Virus record (IMG/VR): IMGVR_UViG_2941446319_000001
Length of the DNA stretch: 64,000 nucleotides
Reading direction: 5' to 3' (one strand)
Source of the DNA: an uncultured virus (IMG/VR IMGVR_UViG_2941446319_000001)
Lineage: Duplodnaviria > Heunggongvirae > Uroviricota > Caudoviricetes
Below are positions 1-10,069 of this stretch, in pieces (positions within the stretch are counted from its first letter, which is position 1; each line of letters starts with the position of its first letter). Under the pieces are notes generated by a model that saw only the letters and a list, made by a program, of their open reading frames with translations, was not told the origin of the DNA and did not search any database. The position numbers and the translations under genes are program-made.

Positions 1-957
1 TCAGAATGTGGCGATCGGGTTGACCGGGCTGCCGGACGTACCGGCGAAGCGGACCGGCGCGACTGCGAGGTGGAAGTCCCACTGGCCGAGCTCGGCAGCC
101 GTCGTCGCGCACGCCTCCAGGTCGCAGTTGTCGAGCATCCACAGACCCATCGCGACGAGGCTCACGGCGTGGACCGGCATCAACACGTCTTCGTACCCTG
201 ATGGCTGAACGTCCTGGGGGGTGTCGGCGCCGATCAGCGCGACCTGCCGTTCGTGCAGCCACGGCAGGCAGGACGCGTGCCACCCGGCCTGGGTGAAACC
301 GCTGACCGCACCGGTCTCGTGCCGGACGCGGCCGTAGCCGGTCCGCAGGAGTACCGCATCGCCGGATCGCACCCGCACACCCTGGCGCCGCTCGGCCTCC
401 TCAAGATCATCGGGAAACACACCCTCCCCCGGTTCCAACCACGGCACATCCCGCACGCTCGCGATGTCCAGCAGGACACCACGCGTGATGATCCCGTTCG
501 CCGCCGCCGTGACGGCCGCCCACGCCGATCCCGTTGCGGCGTCGACCTGCGCGTGCGACCGCCCGTTGTACATCGTGCCGTCCCAGAAGATGTGGCACGG
601 GGAGTCGACGTGGGTGAGGGTGTTGCCGTGGAACGTGACGCCGAGCCGCTCGGACGAAAAGCCCCAGCGCCGGTCGTTGCGGAATCCGGGCACCGGCATG
701 TTCTCGGCGCCCGGCATGTCGGCGGCGCACGGGCACGTCGTCGTCGACCGCTCCATGTCTTCCGGTACGGCAACCTCCCATGCGCACGACACGCTCCTGC
801 CGTGGCGCACGGCCCGCGCCGCCGCCAGCCGGACGTCGTCGGTGATGTGGTTCAGAGTGCCGAGCTCGTCGTCGTCGCCCCACCGTCCCCAGTTCGACAG
901 CGTGTTGAAGTACCCGAGCACGTCGTCCTGTGTAGGCATCGGTCGCCCTGCCGTCAT
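1..957 (-). CDS. Cyclase family (kynurenine formamidase-like) metal-dependent hydrolase
   Basis: SNWGRWGDDDELGTLN N-terminus, HGNTLTHVDSPCH metal motif, GSPVNPIATF C-terminus; GGAGGAG RBS upstream of ATG at 957. Confidence 0.9.
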   Translation of the reverse strand: MTAGRPMPTQDDVLGYFNTLSNWGRWGDDDELGTLNHITDDVRLAAARAVRHGRSVSCAWEVAVPEDMERSTTTCPCAADMPGAENMPVPGFRNDRRWGFSSERLGVTFHGNTLTHVDSPCHIFWDGTMYNGRSHAQVDAATGSAWAAVTAAANGIITRGVLLDIASVRDVPWLEPGEGVFPDDLEEAERRQGVRVRSGDAVLLRTGYGRVRHETGAVSGFTQAGWHASCLPWLHERQVALIGADTPQDVQPSGYEDVLMPVHAVSLVAMGLWMLDNCDLEACATTAAELGQWDFHLAVAPVRFAGTSGSPVNPIATF

Positions 958-1233
958 CCCAGCATCGACTCCTCCGGTCACGTGGTTCGAGGCACCGCAG
1001 GCAGAGTATCCCGCCCTCCCCTTCGACATGACCTCGCCGGCGCCGGAGATACGGTGTGAGCAACTCGATTCGACCCCGGCGAGGTCCCCCATCCGCCTCT
1101 GGTCGTTGAGAGCCGCGACGACCAGAGGCCCGTGTAGGGGAAGAACTGCCGCAGCCGAGGCCGGACGTAGGCGGCTTCGATCAGGTCGCCATGCTCGCCG
1201 TACCGGCCAGATCGGCGACCGGTGCGGTGCTGA

Positions 1234-2790
1234 TCAGGGTTCGACGGCGCAGGCGTCTCTGTTGAGTGAGTATCGGCTCGGCAGGGACGCGTTGCCCGTG
1301 TGGCTGGCGAGGTAGCCCATGGTGACGCTCTGGCCAGGGGCGATGGAGCCGTTGTGGTCGGCGTTGGCCGCGGTGACGAGGTCACCGCCCTGGGTGAGGT
1401 CGGTGTTCCAGTCCGAGATGATGGTCTGGCCCCGAGTGAGGGAGAACCTCAGGGTCCACCCGCTGATCGGTGTGGTGCCGGTGTTGGTGATGGTGAGGTC
1501 GACGGTCATGCCGCCGCCCCAGGTCCGCGTGGTCTGTTCGATCCGGCAGGTCGGCTCGGCCCGCTCGAACGACACGCGGTGCAGGCCGCCGGGAAGGTCG
1601 TTGACGACGTAGAACTCGCCCTCCGGGGTGGCGCCGAACGCGGTGACCTGCGTGGGCATCTGGCCGAGCTCGGCAGGGGTATAGCCGCCCGAGCCGTCCT
1701 CGCGCAGCGCCCACACGGTGTTGGAGCAGTAGTCGGTGGCGATGTAGGTGCCGCCGACCAGGTCGGCGAACTCCTGACCGCGGTACACCTGGCCGCCGAT
1801 GACCGCGCAGCCACCGGTGTACGGGGAGTAGGTGAAGACCGGCTCGGTGTACTCGGCGTCGGAGCGGCACTGAGCCTCGTCGAACACCTCCAGCCCCTCG
1901 TAGCAGGACCAGCCGAGGTTCGCGCCGGCCTGCTGTCCGCGCTTGACGTGGTTGATCTCCTCCCACCGGCCCTGGCCGACGTCGCCGATCCACATCGAGC
2001 CGTCCGCATGGTCGATGGAGAAGCGCCACGGGTTGCGCCCGCCGTACATCCATATCTCCTCGCGGGCGCCCTCGACGCCGACGAACGGGTTGTCCTCGGG
2101 CACGCAGTAGGCCAGGTCGCCGCAGCTCCGGCTCACGTCGACGCGCAGGATCTTGCCCAGCAGGGTGTCCAGGCGCTGCCCGGTGTCGAAGGGGTCTCCG
2201 GAGCCGCCGCCGTCGCCGATGCTCATGTACAGGTTGCCGTCGGTGCCGAAGGCGAGCTGGCCGCCGTTGTGGTTGCTGTGCTCGGCGTGCTCCTGGGACA
2301 GCAACGGCTCGAGATTCGCGGTGTCGAGCTCGTATCGGGCCAGGGTCACCGCGCCGTCCGGCAGCGCGGTGTAGGCCAGGTACAGGTCCTGACTCTCGGC
2401 GAAGTCGGGCGCGAGGGCGATGCCGAGCAGCCCCCGCTCGTTGCCGGATTCGTCCACCGACGCCCTGATGTCGATGATCGGGGTGGATTCGAGACCGGTG
2501 TCCGGATGGTAGACGCGTACGGTGCCGCGCTTCTCGATGATGAGCAGCCGGTTCGTTCCGTCGTCGGGCGCGGCGATGGCGGTGGGGCGGCGCAACCCGA
2601 ACGCGACCTGGGTGGTGGTCGCGTTGATCTCCTCCAGCGGCACCGCAGAGGCTTCTGCCCCCCGCGCGCCGCTGTCCGTGACGGACGACGACGCAGCCGC
2701 AGCGGCCGGTGGAGTGAGTACGGTCAGCGGGGCGAGCAACGGCAGGGACAAGGCGAGCAACGCGGGGGCTGCCCAGCGTTTTGCTGGCAT
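1234..2790 (-). CDS. Secreted PQQ-dependent glucose/sorbosone dehydrogenase-family protein with C-terminal CBM2 domain
   Basis: Signal peptide, ERGLLGIA, NHNGGQLAFGTDG, GKILR, GRNPWRFS motifs; C-terminal WGGGMTVDLTITNTG...W...NGSIAPGQS CBM2 pattern. Confidence 0.88.
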   Translation of the reverse strand: MPAKRWAAPALLALSLPLLAPLTVLTPPAAAAASSSVTDSGARGAEASAVPLEEINATTTQVAFGLRRPTAIAAPDDGTNRLLIIEKRGTVRVYHPDTGLESTPIIDIRASVDESGNERGLLGIALAPDFAESQDLYLAYTALPDGAVTLARYELDTANLEPLLSQEHAEHSNHNGGQLAFGTDGNLYMSIGDGGGSGDPFDTGQRLDTLLGKILRVDVSRSCGDLAYCVPEDNPFVGVEGAREEIWMYGGRNPWRFSIDHADGSMWIGDVGQGRWEEINHVKRGQQAGANLGWSCYEGLEVFDEAQCRSDAEYTEPVFTYSPYTGGCAVIGGQVYRGQEFADLVGGTYIATDYCSNTVWALREDGSGGYTPAELGQMPTQVTAFGATPEGEFYVVNDLPGGLHRVSFERAEPTCRIEQTTRTWGGGMTVDLTITNTGTTPISGWTLRFSLTRGQTIISDWNTDLTQGGDLVTAANADHNGSIAPGQSVTMGYLASHTGNASLPSRYSLNRDACAVEP

Positions 2791-3083
2791 GTCGGCTCCA
2801 GAGACGGGGGGCGTCGGGGTCCGGAGGACACTGGTTCCCAGGACCGGAGCGCGTCCGGGCTCGCAACAGGCCCGGCCCGATCGCATCCCGCCGGCAGAGC
2901 GGAGTACGACGCCGACCGGGCAGACTCCTCGCCCTGACGTGCCCGACCGGACGGTATCCGCTCGCCCGCCGCACAGCCAGGCCCGCGACCGCGACTTCCG
3001 CCCTGAGAGCTGACGCCAGGCCATGGCGGCCTCTCTGACCAGGGACGATATGAGACCCTCTCGGCGAGGCCCGCCACTGGCTC

Positions 3084-3400
3084 ATGAAACGTACATCGCT
3101 ACGCACCTGGCCGCCGCAGGCGGGGCAGGAGCTTGGGACCACCGCTCGGGCTCCTCGCGCGGCGACCGCAACGCCCCCGCCCCTGCGCCCGGACGTCCTG
3201 ACCCACCTGATCAAGCACCCCGACCTCGCCCTCACCGCCAACGAGATCGCCAAGGTCCTCAACCGTTCCTCCGGAGCGGTCGCCAACGCCCTGGACACCC
3301 TCGCGAGCAACGGCGAGGCCGAGCTCGTCAGCGAGCGCCCCACCCACTTCCGCATGGCAAGGCCCAGGCCTGACACCCCGCCTCATCGGGCCCGGCCGAT
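3084..3400 (+). pseudogene. Possible truncated winged-helix DNA-binding protein
   Basis: LTANEIAKVLNRSSGAVANALDTL resembles an HTH; the frame then runs into the convergent gene as low-information sequence; end approximate. Confidence 0.4.
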
Positions 3401-3467
3401 CGCCCGGGCCCCTGCCATGAAGCCCAGCGCCCCTCGATGGGCATGTACCGTGCCCCCACCCTCCGGC

Positions 3468-3926
3468 TCAGGGCGTCTTGTACTCCGCCGCCTTGCCGCA
3501 GTAGCTGGTCCCGATGGGCGAGTTGGGGAACCGGCACACCTGGACGACCACGCGATCGATCGCGGTGACGCCGTTCGGGTCGGACAGTCCGAAGTCGAGC
3601 TCTACGGTGCCGTCGTCCGCCCGGAGCGTCTCGGAGTCGACGATGGTGTCGCCGTTGTAGGCCGTGAAGGTGGCCCTCGAATGCATCTGGTCCGGAGCGC
3701 ACGGTGAGATGTCGGGGTCATCGGCCAAAGTGCCCTTGACCTGCACGATCGGCTTGATGACGGGCCCTTCCAGCCAGTCGAGCGTTCCCTCCGTGACGCC
3801 GCGGCCGCACTGGTCCCCGGAGCCGGCGGAGAACTCCACCGACGCCTGCGCCGCCATGGCGGGCTGCGTCCCCAGCAGACCTACGGCGACGACGGCGCCC
3901 AGCGCCGGCCAAGTACGTAAGCGCAT
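3468..3926 (-). CDS. Small secreted hypothetical protein
   Basis: Signal peptide MRLRTWPALGAVVAVGLLGTQPAMAA, four Cys, GAAGG RBS. Confidence 0.7.
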   Translation of the reverse strand: MRLRTWPALGAVVAVGLLGTQPAMAAQASVEFSAGSGDQCGRGVTEGTLDWLEGPVIKPIVQVKGTLADDPDISPCAPDQMHSRATFTAYNGDTIVDSETLRADDGTVELDFGLSDPNGVTAIDRVVVQVCRFPNSPIGTSYCGKAAEYKTP

Positions 3927-4149
3927 GGCATCGACCTTCCCGTGGGGGTGATCCGGCCACACCATCGTGAGCCACAGCGTTGCCATGCGCCAGCCCGCAC
4001 CGCCCGTCCAGGCCCGCAGCAGCGTTGGCGTCCGTCATGCGGTCAAGGTGTCGCAACGCTGGATCAGGCTGATCATCGCTCGGCAGAAGCCGAGGCGCTG
4101 CTGCTGGCTCCAGTCGTCGGTCAGCCGGTCCAGGACCTGCTGCTGCCCG

Positions 4150-4412
4150 TCCGTACGGGCCGAAAGCGACACAAGACGGTGAAGCCCCGGCGGTCGCTCA
4201 AGCTTCCTCGGCTCTGCGCGGAGGCGCCGCGTGAACTGCACGAGGAACAGGACGACACTTCCGGGCCGGTCTTCCGGGCTCAGAGTGGCAACACTTCCGG
4301 GCTGGCCTTCCGGGCTCAGAGCGACAACGCGCACAACCTGCGGCGGGACTCCCGTAAGATCCTCGACCGCGCCGGGCTCGTCGGCAAGGAATGGTCACCG
4401 CGCGGGATGCGA
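4150..4412 (+). pseudogene. Degraded tyrosine integrase fragment
   Basis: Translation ...KTVKPRRSLKLPRLCAEA...AHNLRRDSRKILDRAGLVGKEWSPRGMR resembles the catalytic region of actinobacterial integrases (KT.KSRR.L.LP ... NVRRDFR ... W.PRELRH); no intact start or end; limits approximate. Confidence 0.6.
4255..4326. repeat. Imperfect 36-bp tandem duplication
   Basis: acacttccgggccggtcttccgggctcagagtggca followed by acacttccgggctggccttccgggctcagagcgaca. Confidence 0.9.
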
Positions 4413-4703
4413 CAGCCTGACGCTCGCGTGACCTTACAGCCACAAGATCGCTGAGTAACAAGAGAAATCTCTGACGGCGGGGCGGCATTCCCATTCGACT
4501 GCGGTCGTCCAGGCCGACGGAATCGGGGTAGGGGCCGGGACGCCGGTTGCGGACTGCAATGTAAATAAAAAGCCGTGCATTGCGGCGTTTCGGCGCCAGT
4601 CGATATGTAGCCATGTTCATGGTGAACGGCCGCATCCTCCGCCCGCATGTGGGGGCACAGGATGCAGCCGTTCAACTGGCGGTGTCAGCCGGCGCGGTAC
4701 CGG

Positions 4704-5090
4704 CTAGCAGAGCCACCTTCGCGCTGACTCCACGTTACCGGCCGTTGTCCTGGCCAGTGTGTAGTAGTTTCCGGCGCCGGTCGTGCTGCAGTAGGCGTAC
4801 GAGGTGACCGGGCTGGTACCCCGGGGACAGCAGCCTGCCCTTACGTCGAATCCAGGCACGTCGATCCAGATCTCCACCGTGACCGCTTGGTTGCCGCATC
4901 CGCCGATTCCGGAGATCACGTCTCCGTTCCGGCTCGGAGGATAGGCGTACGGCTGGTACCCGTTGCAATCAGCCGCAGCCGAGGCGGTAGATGCTCCCGG
5001 CGCTGCCGGGGCTGCCGACACCGCCGAGGCCCATGACATGAAGAGCCCTAGTGCCACCGTGAGAATCATGATAATTCGCCGGAAACTCAT
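4704..5090 (-). CDS. Small secreted Cys-containing protein
   Basis: Signal peptide MSFRRIIMILTVALGLFMSWASAVSA; six Cys in the mature part. Confidence 0.65.
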   Translation of the reverse strand: MSFRRIIMILTVALGLFMSWASAVSAAPAAPGASTASAAADCNGYQPYAYPPSRNGDVISGIGGCGNQAVTVEIWIDVPGFDVRAGCCPRGTSPVTSYAYCSTTGAGNYYTLARTTAGNVESARRWLC

Positions 5091-5790
5091 CCTTTTCTCC
5101 CATCTACGAGCCACCGATGATTGAGTGATGCTGGTGGTTTCACGTCGAGGCTGCACATGCCTTCGAATGTCAATTTCGATTGCGCCGGCGGCCCTTCCCG
5201 TACGATTCTGGCGAGCTGCCGGATCGGCGGCTATCCCTTATCCACCGATATATTTCCTAGCCTGCAATGCAGTTGATGTGCTTTCCTGCAAATTAGCATA
5301 GTAAGATCTTGGACAATAGATTTTAGGGAGCCAAAAAGCGCTGCATTCCTGCCAATCGACGCCTCGATGAGGATGCCGCGGCCCATCCGGTCATCATCCC
5401 CGGGCGATCGTGGTCGCCCAGGGGAAGGTTCATCTCACGGAACTCCCGGTCCTCCTGCAGCTTCTTGGGCTTCGATCTCCAACCCGTCCACGGCGGATCG
5501 AGCTGGGAGAAGCGCCGTATCGAGCGGATGCGGAGCTTCCTCGTCGCACTGTGGCCACCGAATGGCACACCGTACGGATGTACGTGTCTTCCGCCTCAAT
5601 CGGGGCCGATCACCACCGAGAAGCCAACGGTTTACGGGGCCGACGTTCCTGCTGCATCAAGCCTCTGACCTCCGGGTACGATGCTCGCCTCCCCCGCCAT
5701 GGAAGATCATCCCGTGTATATCCGGCGAGGCAGGGCCAGCCGTGATCACCCAGGAACCTGCGGATCTAAGATCCGGGAGACTGTGTAGAC

Positions 5791-6105
5791 ATGAGCAAGA
5801 TCGAGCGCCCTCTCGTACGTGAAATGTTTCCCGATCTACTCGCAGATCTCATCGCGTGTCTGAGGGAGGAAGGTGAGGAGGATCTCGCGATCTCCGCCTG
5901 GGACATCCGGTTCTATGAGAAGTGCGGATGCAGTGATGATTTCTGCCAGAGCTTCTATACGGCCGAGCGGCCCGACGGAGCGTACGGTCCGGGGCACAGA
6001 TGTGTGCCGCTGCTTCCAGCGAGAGGCGATCTGATCCTTGACGTCGTTGAGGGACGGATCATGTTCGTGGAGGTCTTGCACTACCCGAAGCTCCCGGCGA
6101 ACTGA
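5791..6105 (+). CDS. Hypothetical protein (acidic, CGCSDDFC motif)
   Basis: Clean ORF with GGAG RBS and protein-like composition. Confidence 0.7.
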   Translation: MSKIERPLVREMFPDLLADLIACLREEGEEDLAISAWDIRFYEKCGCSDDFCQSFYTAERPDGAYGPGHRCVPLLPARGDLILDVVEGRIMFVEVLHYPKLPAN

Positions 6106-6431
6106 AGCCATTGGCTTGGGACCTGCATCGCTTACGACCCGATGAGGCGCTGAACTGGGCAGAGACCCGGTCGGGAGTGACCGTGGTTGACCGCTCGTCA
6201 CCCCCTTGGTGGCCTGCTAATGGCCCGACCGACCAACGCTTGACTCTCCCGTCTCCAGTGTTCCGTGGTACTCGGCAGGGTGGGCCTCGAGATCGACGGC
6301 GCGTTCTACCGCATCAGCAAACCCGGCTTCGAGATGCTGATTCCTCACTGGGAAGGGTGCGCCCCTGAAACAGCTGATGAAGCAGACGCGACCATCACGC
6401 TGTCCGACGGCACTCGCCGGTCGCTACGGTC

Positions 6432-6644
6432 ATGACGCTCGGTGTCGTCAGCAACACCATGGATCGCTGGCGGGACACAGGCGAGTGCCTCAGCGGCCAG
6501 TACTTCTGGTGTTCCGATCTGATCGTCATCCGTGAACCCGGCTTCGACCCGAAGATCACCGCAGTGCAGGAAGTGATCGCATCTGGAGAAATCGACGACG
6601 CATGTGGCGTCCTTCCGCCGCTCGATGAGGACGTGGATCAGTAG
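6432..6644 (+). pseudogene. C-terminal remnant of a hypothetical protein
   Basis: MDRWRDTGECLSGQYFWCSDLIVIREPG is protein-like; upstream sequence (ADATITLSDGTRRS) is in another frame. Confidence 0.45.
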
Positions 6645-7182
6645 GTAAGTGGCTAACCAGGGATCCAGCAGTTGTACAGCAGTTCGTCGTTCTCCCTGGC
6701 CCGACGTGCCGTCGCAATCAAGGGTAGGCGCCCGCTATCCGGTGAGCCGGTGCTGAGGAATGAGGTACCGGATCGTCGATCGCTTTCAGCCACCACCGGA
6801 GGCCAGCTCATACGTGGCGGTCGTAGGGCTGCATTCGTGTGGCGGCGTGACGCTGGGGTTGGCGAGCTCGCTCGGGGTGGCGAGCGCCACGGTCGGCGTG
6901 ACGGTCCGTGCTGCTGCCACGTCATGCTCCGAGGCACCTGCGGTGACGTTCACGCCGGTTGCGAATCGGTGCCCCAGAGCAACGGCAGGGGTGGGATTCT
7001 TCGCTGAAGGCCGGATGACCACGCATCCCAAACGAGCAACCTGCTTACCCTGGGGCGCAAGCATCGGGCGAAGCCCGACACAGGAGGAACGTCCGAGCGC
7101 CAGCGAGGCCCACGCTTACAGGGCGGGCATCAGACGGCCCACCGAAGCCCTGGGTAACGGGTGGGTGGCTCTGGCACTTTCA

Positions 7183-7228
7183 GGTGGGCGGTACTGGTTT
7201 CGAACCAGTGACCCCTCGCTTGTAAGGC
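7183..7228 (-). mobile_element. att site: displaced 3' half of tRNA-Val(TAC)
   Basis: Minus strand reads gcc-TTACAA-gcgag-gggtc-actgg-TTCGAAA-ccagt-accgccc-acc (anticodon loop, 3' anticodon stem, T-arm, acceptor 3' strand); the 5' stem strand, D-arm and 5' acceptor are absent. Confidence 0.88.
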
Positions 7229-7329
7229 CCATGGGGGTCTAGCGCTGTGCTGTCCTGTACTTGACCAGGTCTATTGGATATGACCGCAAGCGACTTTCCC
7301 AAAAGCGAGAGGGCACTAAACGATCACTC

Positions 7330-7653
7330 TTACTCTTGGACCAGACGAGGGCGTCGTGCGTCGCGCTGGCCGCGGTCGTACCCGTCGATCCCGCCCTCGA
7401 ACCAGGCGTGCACCGCTAGGTCCAGCATCGCCTTGTCCGCCGGCATGCCGTTCTTGATGCGCTCAACGGCCTTCCACAGCAGCAGGCGAAGGATGGGGTT
7501 GTCGGAGTCGGGCCACGGCGGCGCAGGCGCAATCTCTTCCCGCGGACTCGGCCAGTCGCCTCGCTGCCTGTCCTGCTCATCGAGTACGGCCATCAGCGGC
7601 CGAGCGATGCTGTCGGGAACGCGCGGCGGATCGAAGTCCTCAATCTCATCCAT
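7330..7653 (-). CDS. Hypothetical protein
   Basis: Protein-like ORF from MDEIEDFDPP, divergent from the recombinase; start uncertain. Confidence 0.6.
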   Translation of the reverse strand: MDEIEDFDPPRVPDSIARPLMAVLDEQDRQRGDWPSPREEIAPAPPWPDSDNPILRLLLWKAVERIKNGMPADKAMLDLAVHAWFEGGIDGYDRGQRDARRPRLVQE

Positions 7654-7746
7654 GGCCCCCATTGTCGAGGCTGACTGGTCGCCATGTCCTGCCCGTTCCG
7701 ACAGATGAACCCCTGCCGCTTGGCTGACCCCCGATAGCATCGCCTT

Positions 7747-8730
7747 ATGCGGAGCCAGAACGAGATCGCCCGTACATCCCATGACCTGACCACCACACAA
7801 GAACGCGTCGAAGCCATGGATCAGGCGGCAAAGGACTACCTGCTCAAAACCGCCAACAAGAACACAAGCAAGGCATACCAGGATGACTGGAACACCTGGC
7901 TCCGCTACTGCTCAAAAGTCCGCATACCACCTCAAGAAGTGACCTCCGGAACATATAGCGGCTTCGTCGCATGGATGCTCGGACAAGGCAAAGCGACGAA
8001 AACCATCCAACGCCGCCTCACCGGAGTGCGCGTCGCCATGAAGGACGCAGGAACCCCCATACCGGCCGACGTCATCGAGGCGGCAGCCAAGACTCTCGAC
8101 CGAGCGCTCAAACAGCTCGCCGAAGCCGGCCACCTACGCGAACCAGCCAAGGCGAAAGCGTTCACCGTCGAAGAACTCCGCGCCATGTCCCTCGCCTGTC
8201 CCGACACTCCGGCCGGCATCCGCGACCGTGCCCTGCTCGTCGTCGGCTTCGCCATCGGCGCCCGCCGCCACGAGCTCGCCGGACTGCACGTGCGCAACAT
8301 GGTCGATGCCGCCGAAGGACTGGAGGTGCTGGTGCGAGTCAGCAAGACCGGCTACCGCGACGTTGCCGTCCCCTACGGTCAGCACCTGTCCACCTGCCCC
8401 GTCCGCGCTTGGCAGGCGTGGCTCGGCAGCTCGGGTATCGGCGACGGCCCCGCCTTCCGGCGCATCGACCGGCATGGGCGCATCCTCGGCAGCCTGTCCC
8501 CCGAGGGGGTCGGCGACATCGTCACCCGCGCCGCGGAGCGCGCCAACCTCGGCCACCGCACCGCACACGGCCTGCGTTCCGGCATGGCCACCGAAGCGCG
8601 TCGTGGTCAGCACGACGCGGTCACCATCGCCGCACAGGGCGGATGGACGCCGCACAGCCGCGAGATGCTCGGCTACATGCAGATCGTCGACCGATGGACC
8701 GACAACCCTCTGCGCGGCATCGGCATGTAG
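7747..8730 (+). CDS. Cre-like tyrosine recombinase
   Basis: N-terminal NTSKAYQDDW; RDRALL..GARRHEL (R), SKT (K), HGLRSG (HxxR), GGW (W, Cre-type), catalytic Y in MLGY. Confidence 0.92.
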   Translation: MRSQNEIARTSHDLTTTQERVEAMDQAAKDYLLKTANKNTSKAYQDDWNTWLRYCSKVRIPPQEVTSGTYSGFVAWMLGQGKATKTIQRRLTGVRVAMKDAGTPIPADVIEAAAKTLDRALKQLAEAGHLREPAKAKAFTVEELRAMSLACPDTPAGIRDRALLVVGFAIGARRHELAGLHVRNMVDAAEGLEVLVRVSKTGYRDVAVPYGQHLSTCPVRAWQAWLGSSGIGDGPAFRRIDRHGRILGSLSPEGVGDIVTRAAERANLGHRTAHGLRSGMATEARRGQHDAVTIAAQGGWTPHSREMLGYMQIVDRWTDNPLRGIGM

Positions 8731-8904
8731 ACCTACCCTCCGACTCCCTCAGCGAGGGCAGATTCTGCCCTCTTCGGTAGAGATCATCGCTACCTCTAGG
8801 TAGAGCCCTGTCCCCCGCGCACAAGAACGTTCCAAGAGGTGCACACCCAGCGGGCAGGATGCGCGTCTAACACCCCGTCCGCTTCCTCTCCCCCTGGAGA
8901 TTGC

Positions 8905-9591
8905 ATGCGTCTCATCGCACGCGCTGCCGCCGCTGTCGTCGCTGCGGCGGTCCTGCCCGCTCTCGCATTACCGGCCGGCGCCGCAGCGAAGCCGAAACTG
9001 CCGAAGGGCACGATCACCGCGAGCGTCGTGAAGGTGGTGGACGGGGACACGCTCGACGTCCGCCGCGCCGGCAAGACGCTGCGGGTCCGGCTGCTGGAGG
9101 TCGACACCCCCGAGCGGGGCCAGTGCTGGTTCTCCGCCGCTACCGCCCGCACCAAGGCCCTCCTGCCGGTCGGCAAGGCCGTCTACCTTCTGCGCGACAA
9201 GGACCCGAAGGACCGCTACGGCAGGTGGCTGTACTACGCGTTCAACGCGAAGGGCGTGCACGTCAACCGCAACCTCGTCCGGTACGGGTACGGCAAGGCC
9301 GTCCTCTACGCGCCGAACGACCGCTACATCAGCGTGATGCGCGCCGAGCAGGCCAAAGCGAAGAAGGACAGGCTGCGCATCTGGTCCGGCCGGTGCGACA
9401 AGCCGGGCGGCACCACCCCGACACCCACCCCCACGCCGACGAACACCACCAAGCCGTCCGGCGTCGACCCCCGCTACCGGACGTGCGGCGACGCGAACGC
9501 GGCAGGGTACGGCCCTTACCGCCGCGGGGTTGACGCGGAGTACGCCTGGTATCAGGACCGCGACGGCGACGGAGTCGTCTGCGAGCGCTAA
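8905..9591 (+). CDS. Secreted thermonuclease (SNase family) with C-terminal Excalibur Ca-binding domain
   Basis: Signal peptide; VVDGDTL, RVRLLEVDTPE, DRYGRWL; PT linker; TCGDANAAG...DRDGDGVVCE. Confidence 0.92.
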   Translation: MRLIARAAAAVVAAAVLPALALPAGAAAKPKLPKGTITASVVKVVDGDTLDVRRAGKTLRVRLLEVDTPERGQCWFSAATARTKALLPVGKAVYLLRDKDPKDRYGRWLYYAFNAKGVHVNRNLVRYGYGKAVLYAPNDRYISVMRAEQAKAKKDRLRIWSGRCDKPGGTTPTPTPTPTNTTKPSGVDPRYRTCGDANAAGYGPYRRGVDAEYAWYQDRDGDGVVCER

Positions 9592-9600
9592 GCATCGCCC

Positions 9601-9700
9601 AGCAACGGCAGCGGCCCCCGGACTATCAAGCCGGGGGCTTCGCTGTTGCTGCGGCAGCAGGCAGCAGAACGGCCCCGCCTCCCACAAGGGGGCGGGGCCG
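9601..9700. terminator. Two GC hairpins between convergent genes
   Basis: gcccccgg..ccgggggc (9614-9638) and cggccccgcc..ggcggggccg (9670-9700). Confidence 0.7.
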
Positions 9701-9711
9701 CGGTGTTCAAG

Positions 9712-10059
9712 TCAGGCGTCTGCTAGTTCCACCCGACGAGTGGACGGCTGCTCCTCTTGCGTCAGCTCGTAGCGCGGGAACCCTTGGGTGCCGCATTCTG
9801 CGGCGTGAAGGGCGCACTGAACGTTGGCTAGGAACAGCTTGATTGCATCCACTTGCGTGGCCGCTTCGATCCCCATCAGGAAGTGGATGCGGCGCTCAAC
9901 GAGACTGGCGGTCAGGTCCGGCTCTACGATGCCCACTTCGAGGCCCTGAAGCTTAACCAGCTCGTCAAAGACGCGGTCGGTGAAGGCGTCGAACGCGTCG
10001 TCGCTGTCGTCTTGGTCGGTGCAGACGAATCCGGCATCCATGCGCAGGTAGTGGGTCAT
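9712..10059 (-). CDS. Putative HicB-like antitoxin
   Basis: Acidic 115-aa ORF directly downstream of the HicA-like gene; called mainly from context. Confidence 0.5.
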   Translation of the reverse strand: MTHYLRMDAGFVCTDQDDSDDAFDAFTDRVFDELVKLQGLEVGIVEPDLTASLVERRIHFLMGIEAATQVDAIKLFLANVQCALHAAECGTQGFPRYELTQEEQPSTRRVELADA

Positions 10060-10069
10060 ACACTGCTCC

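Noticed and set aside
6653..7180. Short overlapping ORFs left of the att
   Set aside because: No motifs or convincing RBS, and mutually overlapping.
7183..7260. Complete tRNA-Val gene
   Set aside because: Only the 3' half is present; the 5' anticodon stem, D-arm and acceptor strand do not pair.
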